39,717 nucleotides of DNA from an uncultured Gammaproteobacteria bacterium (GTDB lineage: Bacteria; Pseudomonadota; Gammaproteobacteria; GCA-001735895): NCBI GenBank assembly GCA_964544945.1, contig CAZJEJ010000003.1:10962-50678 (forward strand), written 5' to 3'. The notes under the pieces are model-generated. The model had not been told where the DNA came from. It saw nothing but the letters and a program-made list of their open reading frames with translations, and ran no database searches. Made by a program: the position numbers and the translations under genes. Within the stretch, counting starts at the first letter, position 1. Each line of letters begins with the position of its first letter. Shown here piece by piece: positions 38,699 through 39,717 of this stretch.

Positions 38699-39067
38699 AT
38701 GAAAAATTTATTACCGATTCTGGCCGTTTTAACGGGAGTTGTCGCTTTTGAAACCCCAGCCTTTTCTGGCGAAGTCACCATCGTAGATGTCGCGGTGAGC
38801 TGTACGACCGATTGCAGGTTTTCCGTGACCTTGCTGCACGAGGATGAAGGCTGGGAACACTATGCTAACCAGTGGGATGTCGTGACGCTCGATGGCAAAC
38901 TAATAAAATCCCGGGTGTTAGTCCATCCGCATGTGGACGAGCAACCCTTTACGCGCTCACTCTCTGGGGTCAGTATTCCGCCAGGAGTCAAAGCGGTTAA
39001 GATTCGAGCAAGGGACATAAAACATGGATATTCCAGTCAGGAATACACGGTAGAATTGAGCCGCTGA
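38699..39067 (+). CDS. Small secreted His-rich hypothetical protein
   Basis: ATG 38699 follows AAGAGGG. Signal peptide MKNLLPILAVLTGVVAFETPAFS. The mature part contains CTTDC, HEDEGWEHY and HPHVDEQPFTR; 122 aa. Confidence 0.7.
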   Translation: MKNLLPILAVLTGVVAFETPAFSGEVTIVDVAVSCTTDCRFSVTLLHEDEGWEHYANQWDVVTLDGKLIKSRVLVHPHVDEQPFTRSLSGVSIPPGVKAVKIRARDIKHGYSSQEYTVELSR

Positions 39068-39197
39068 TTAGCGGGCCAGGCCTGCTTGCTAACCAGGAGC
39101 GAGCAGTCGAAAGGCCAGTGTCTCACTGGTGCACCATGAGCATGTCCAGTGATCTCGAATCTTTATTCCGGGTTGTTCCATCCAGTCGCGAAATCCC

Positions 39198-39203
39198 TAT
39201 AAT
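39198..39203 (+). promoter_or_regulatory. Candidate -10 hexamer upstream of the aminotransferase gene
   Basis: Perfect TATAAT 78 nt upstream of ATG 39281. The only -35-like elements are weak: GTTCCA at 17 nt or TTGTTC at 19 nt. Confidence 0.25.
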
Positions 39204-39280
39204 ACACCGTCTGATGTTGGTCGCTGGATTCCAGCCTAAGCCAGCAAATAAACTATTTTTTACCTCACAGGAATACGAAT

Positions 39281-39717
39281 ATGAATGCGCCACTCACTAA
39301 CTCTGCCTTACTGGAGAAAGACCAGGGACACATGATTCATCCGTTGCATCACACTGCGGGACATGCCGCAGGCAAGGTTTGGGTAAGCGCGCAGGGTTCA
39401 CACCTAATCGATGCCGACGGAAATCGATTTATCGATGGCCTGTCCTGCCTTTGGAATATGAATGCCGGGCACGGACGCAATGAACTGGCCGATGCTGCAG
39501 CGGCGCAAATGCGTGAAATGGCTTTTTGTTCGAGTTACGCCGGAAGTTCCAACCTGCCCGCGATAAAACTCGCAGAACGTCTGTCGGAGATATGTTATCC
39601 ACAGATTAACAATTTTTATTTCACCTCGGCTGGTGGTGAAGCGACCGATAGTAATATTAAGCTGGCTCGTTGGTACTGGAAGGCCATGGGACAACCGGAT
39701 AAAACCAGGGTAATCAG
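39281..39717 (+). CDS. Class III (omega) PLP-dependent aminotransferase, 5' part; continues beyond the window
   Basis: Not in the ORF track because no stop is reached. My translation from ATG 39281 is MNAPLTNSALLEKDQGHMIHPLHH...GSHLIDADGNRFIDGLSCLWNMNAGHGRNELADAAAAQM...FYFTSAGGEATDSNIKLARWYW. This is a typical N-terminal region of aspartate-aminotransferase-family class III enzymes (SpuC / beta-alanine-pyruvate transaminase-like). Confidence 0.85.
   Translation, partial: MNAPLTNSALLEKDQGHMIHPLHHTAGHAAGKVWVSAQGSHLIDADGNRFIDGLSCLWNMNAGHGRNELADAAAAQMREMAFCSSYAGSSNLPAIKLAERLSEICYPQINNFYFTSAGGEATDSNIKLARWYWKAMGQPDKTRVI

Noticed and set aside
39118-39300. 60-aa GTG-initiated ORF upstream of and overlapping the aminotransferase start.
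   Set aside because: It has no RBS, contains the likely aminotransferase promoter (-10 at 39198), overlaps the real start, and has no recognisable features.
39595-39603. Second exact DnaA-box 9-mer TTATCCACA, inside the aminotransferase gene.
   Set aside because: It is mid-gene with no regulatory context and is most simply explained by chance. This also tempers the ftsA box finding.
39404-39694. 96-aa ORF on the minus strand.
   Set aside because: It is antisense to the clearly homologous class III aminotransferase reading frame.
1-39717. Searched the whole window for a novel multi-gene system: defence island, CRISPR array, toxin-antitoxin pair, retron, prophage, integrative element or IS.
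   Set aside because: Every long ORF aligns by eye to a well-known housekeeping family in conserved synteny. The only recombinase is housekeeping xerD. There are no spaced direct-repeat arrays, tRNA/tmRNA integration targets or transposase-like ORFs. I prefer to report none rather than invent one.

Overview
Core-chromosome window from a non-enteric gammaproteobacterium; the taxon cannot be assigned from sequence alone. I call 37 protein genes and found no rRNA, tRNA, CRISPR array, IS element, transposase, prophage or recognisable defence genes. (1) Bases 1-15960 hold a very compact dcw division/cell-wall cluster: ftsI-murE-murF-mraY-murD-ftsW-murG-murC-murB-ddl-ftsQ-ftsA-ftsZ. Every junction from ftsI to ftsA overlaps, murB sits inside the cluster, and lpxC does not follow ftsZ. 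(2) Bases 16133-24096 hold the conserved block valS <- small acidic ORF <- holC <- pepA, divergent from lptF-lptG, then a convergent RDD membrane protein. (3) Bases 24234-26737 hold a monocistronic lysine-rich histone-H1-like gene, xerD, a REP-like repeat cluster and a CnoX/YbbN-type thioredoxin-TPR protein. (4) Bases 26854-33240 hold parE-parC and a convergent FimX-like REC-PAS-GGDEF-EAL protein in which all three signalling domains look degenerate. (5) Bases 33351-39717 hold an inverted REP pair (REPIN), efp-epmA, a convergent PCu(A)C-psd pair, prmB-djlA, a DUF2007-like protein with a RanBP2-type zinc finger, a small secreted His-rich protein, and the 5' part of a class-III aminotransferase that is missing from the ORF track because it runs off the window. 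I did not find a convincing undescribed multi-gene system; gene content and order are those of housekeeping synteny blocks. The leads worth a second look are single genes or small elements: the inverted-architecture Lys-repeat protein, the GTAG-flanked REP/REPIN family, the triple-degenerate FimX-like receptor, the zinc-finger DUF2007 gene with its neighbouring secreted-protein gene, the acidic ORF coupled to holC, and the PCu(A)C-psd coupling. All homology statements come from by-eye comparison with remembered reference sequences and motifs, not from database searches.
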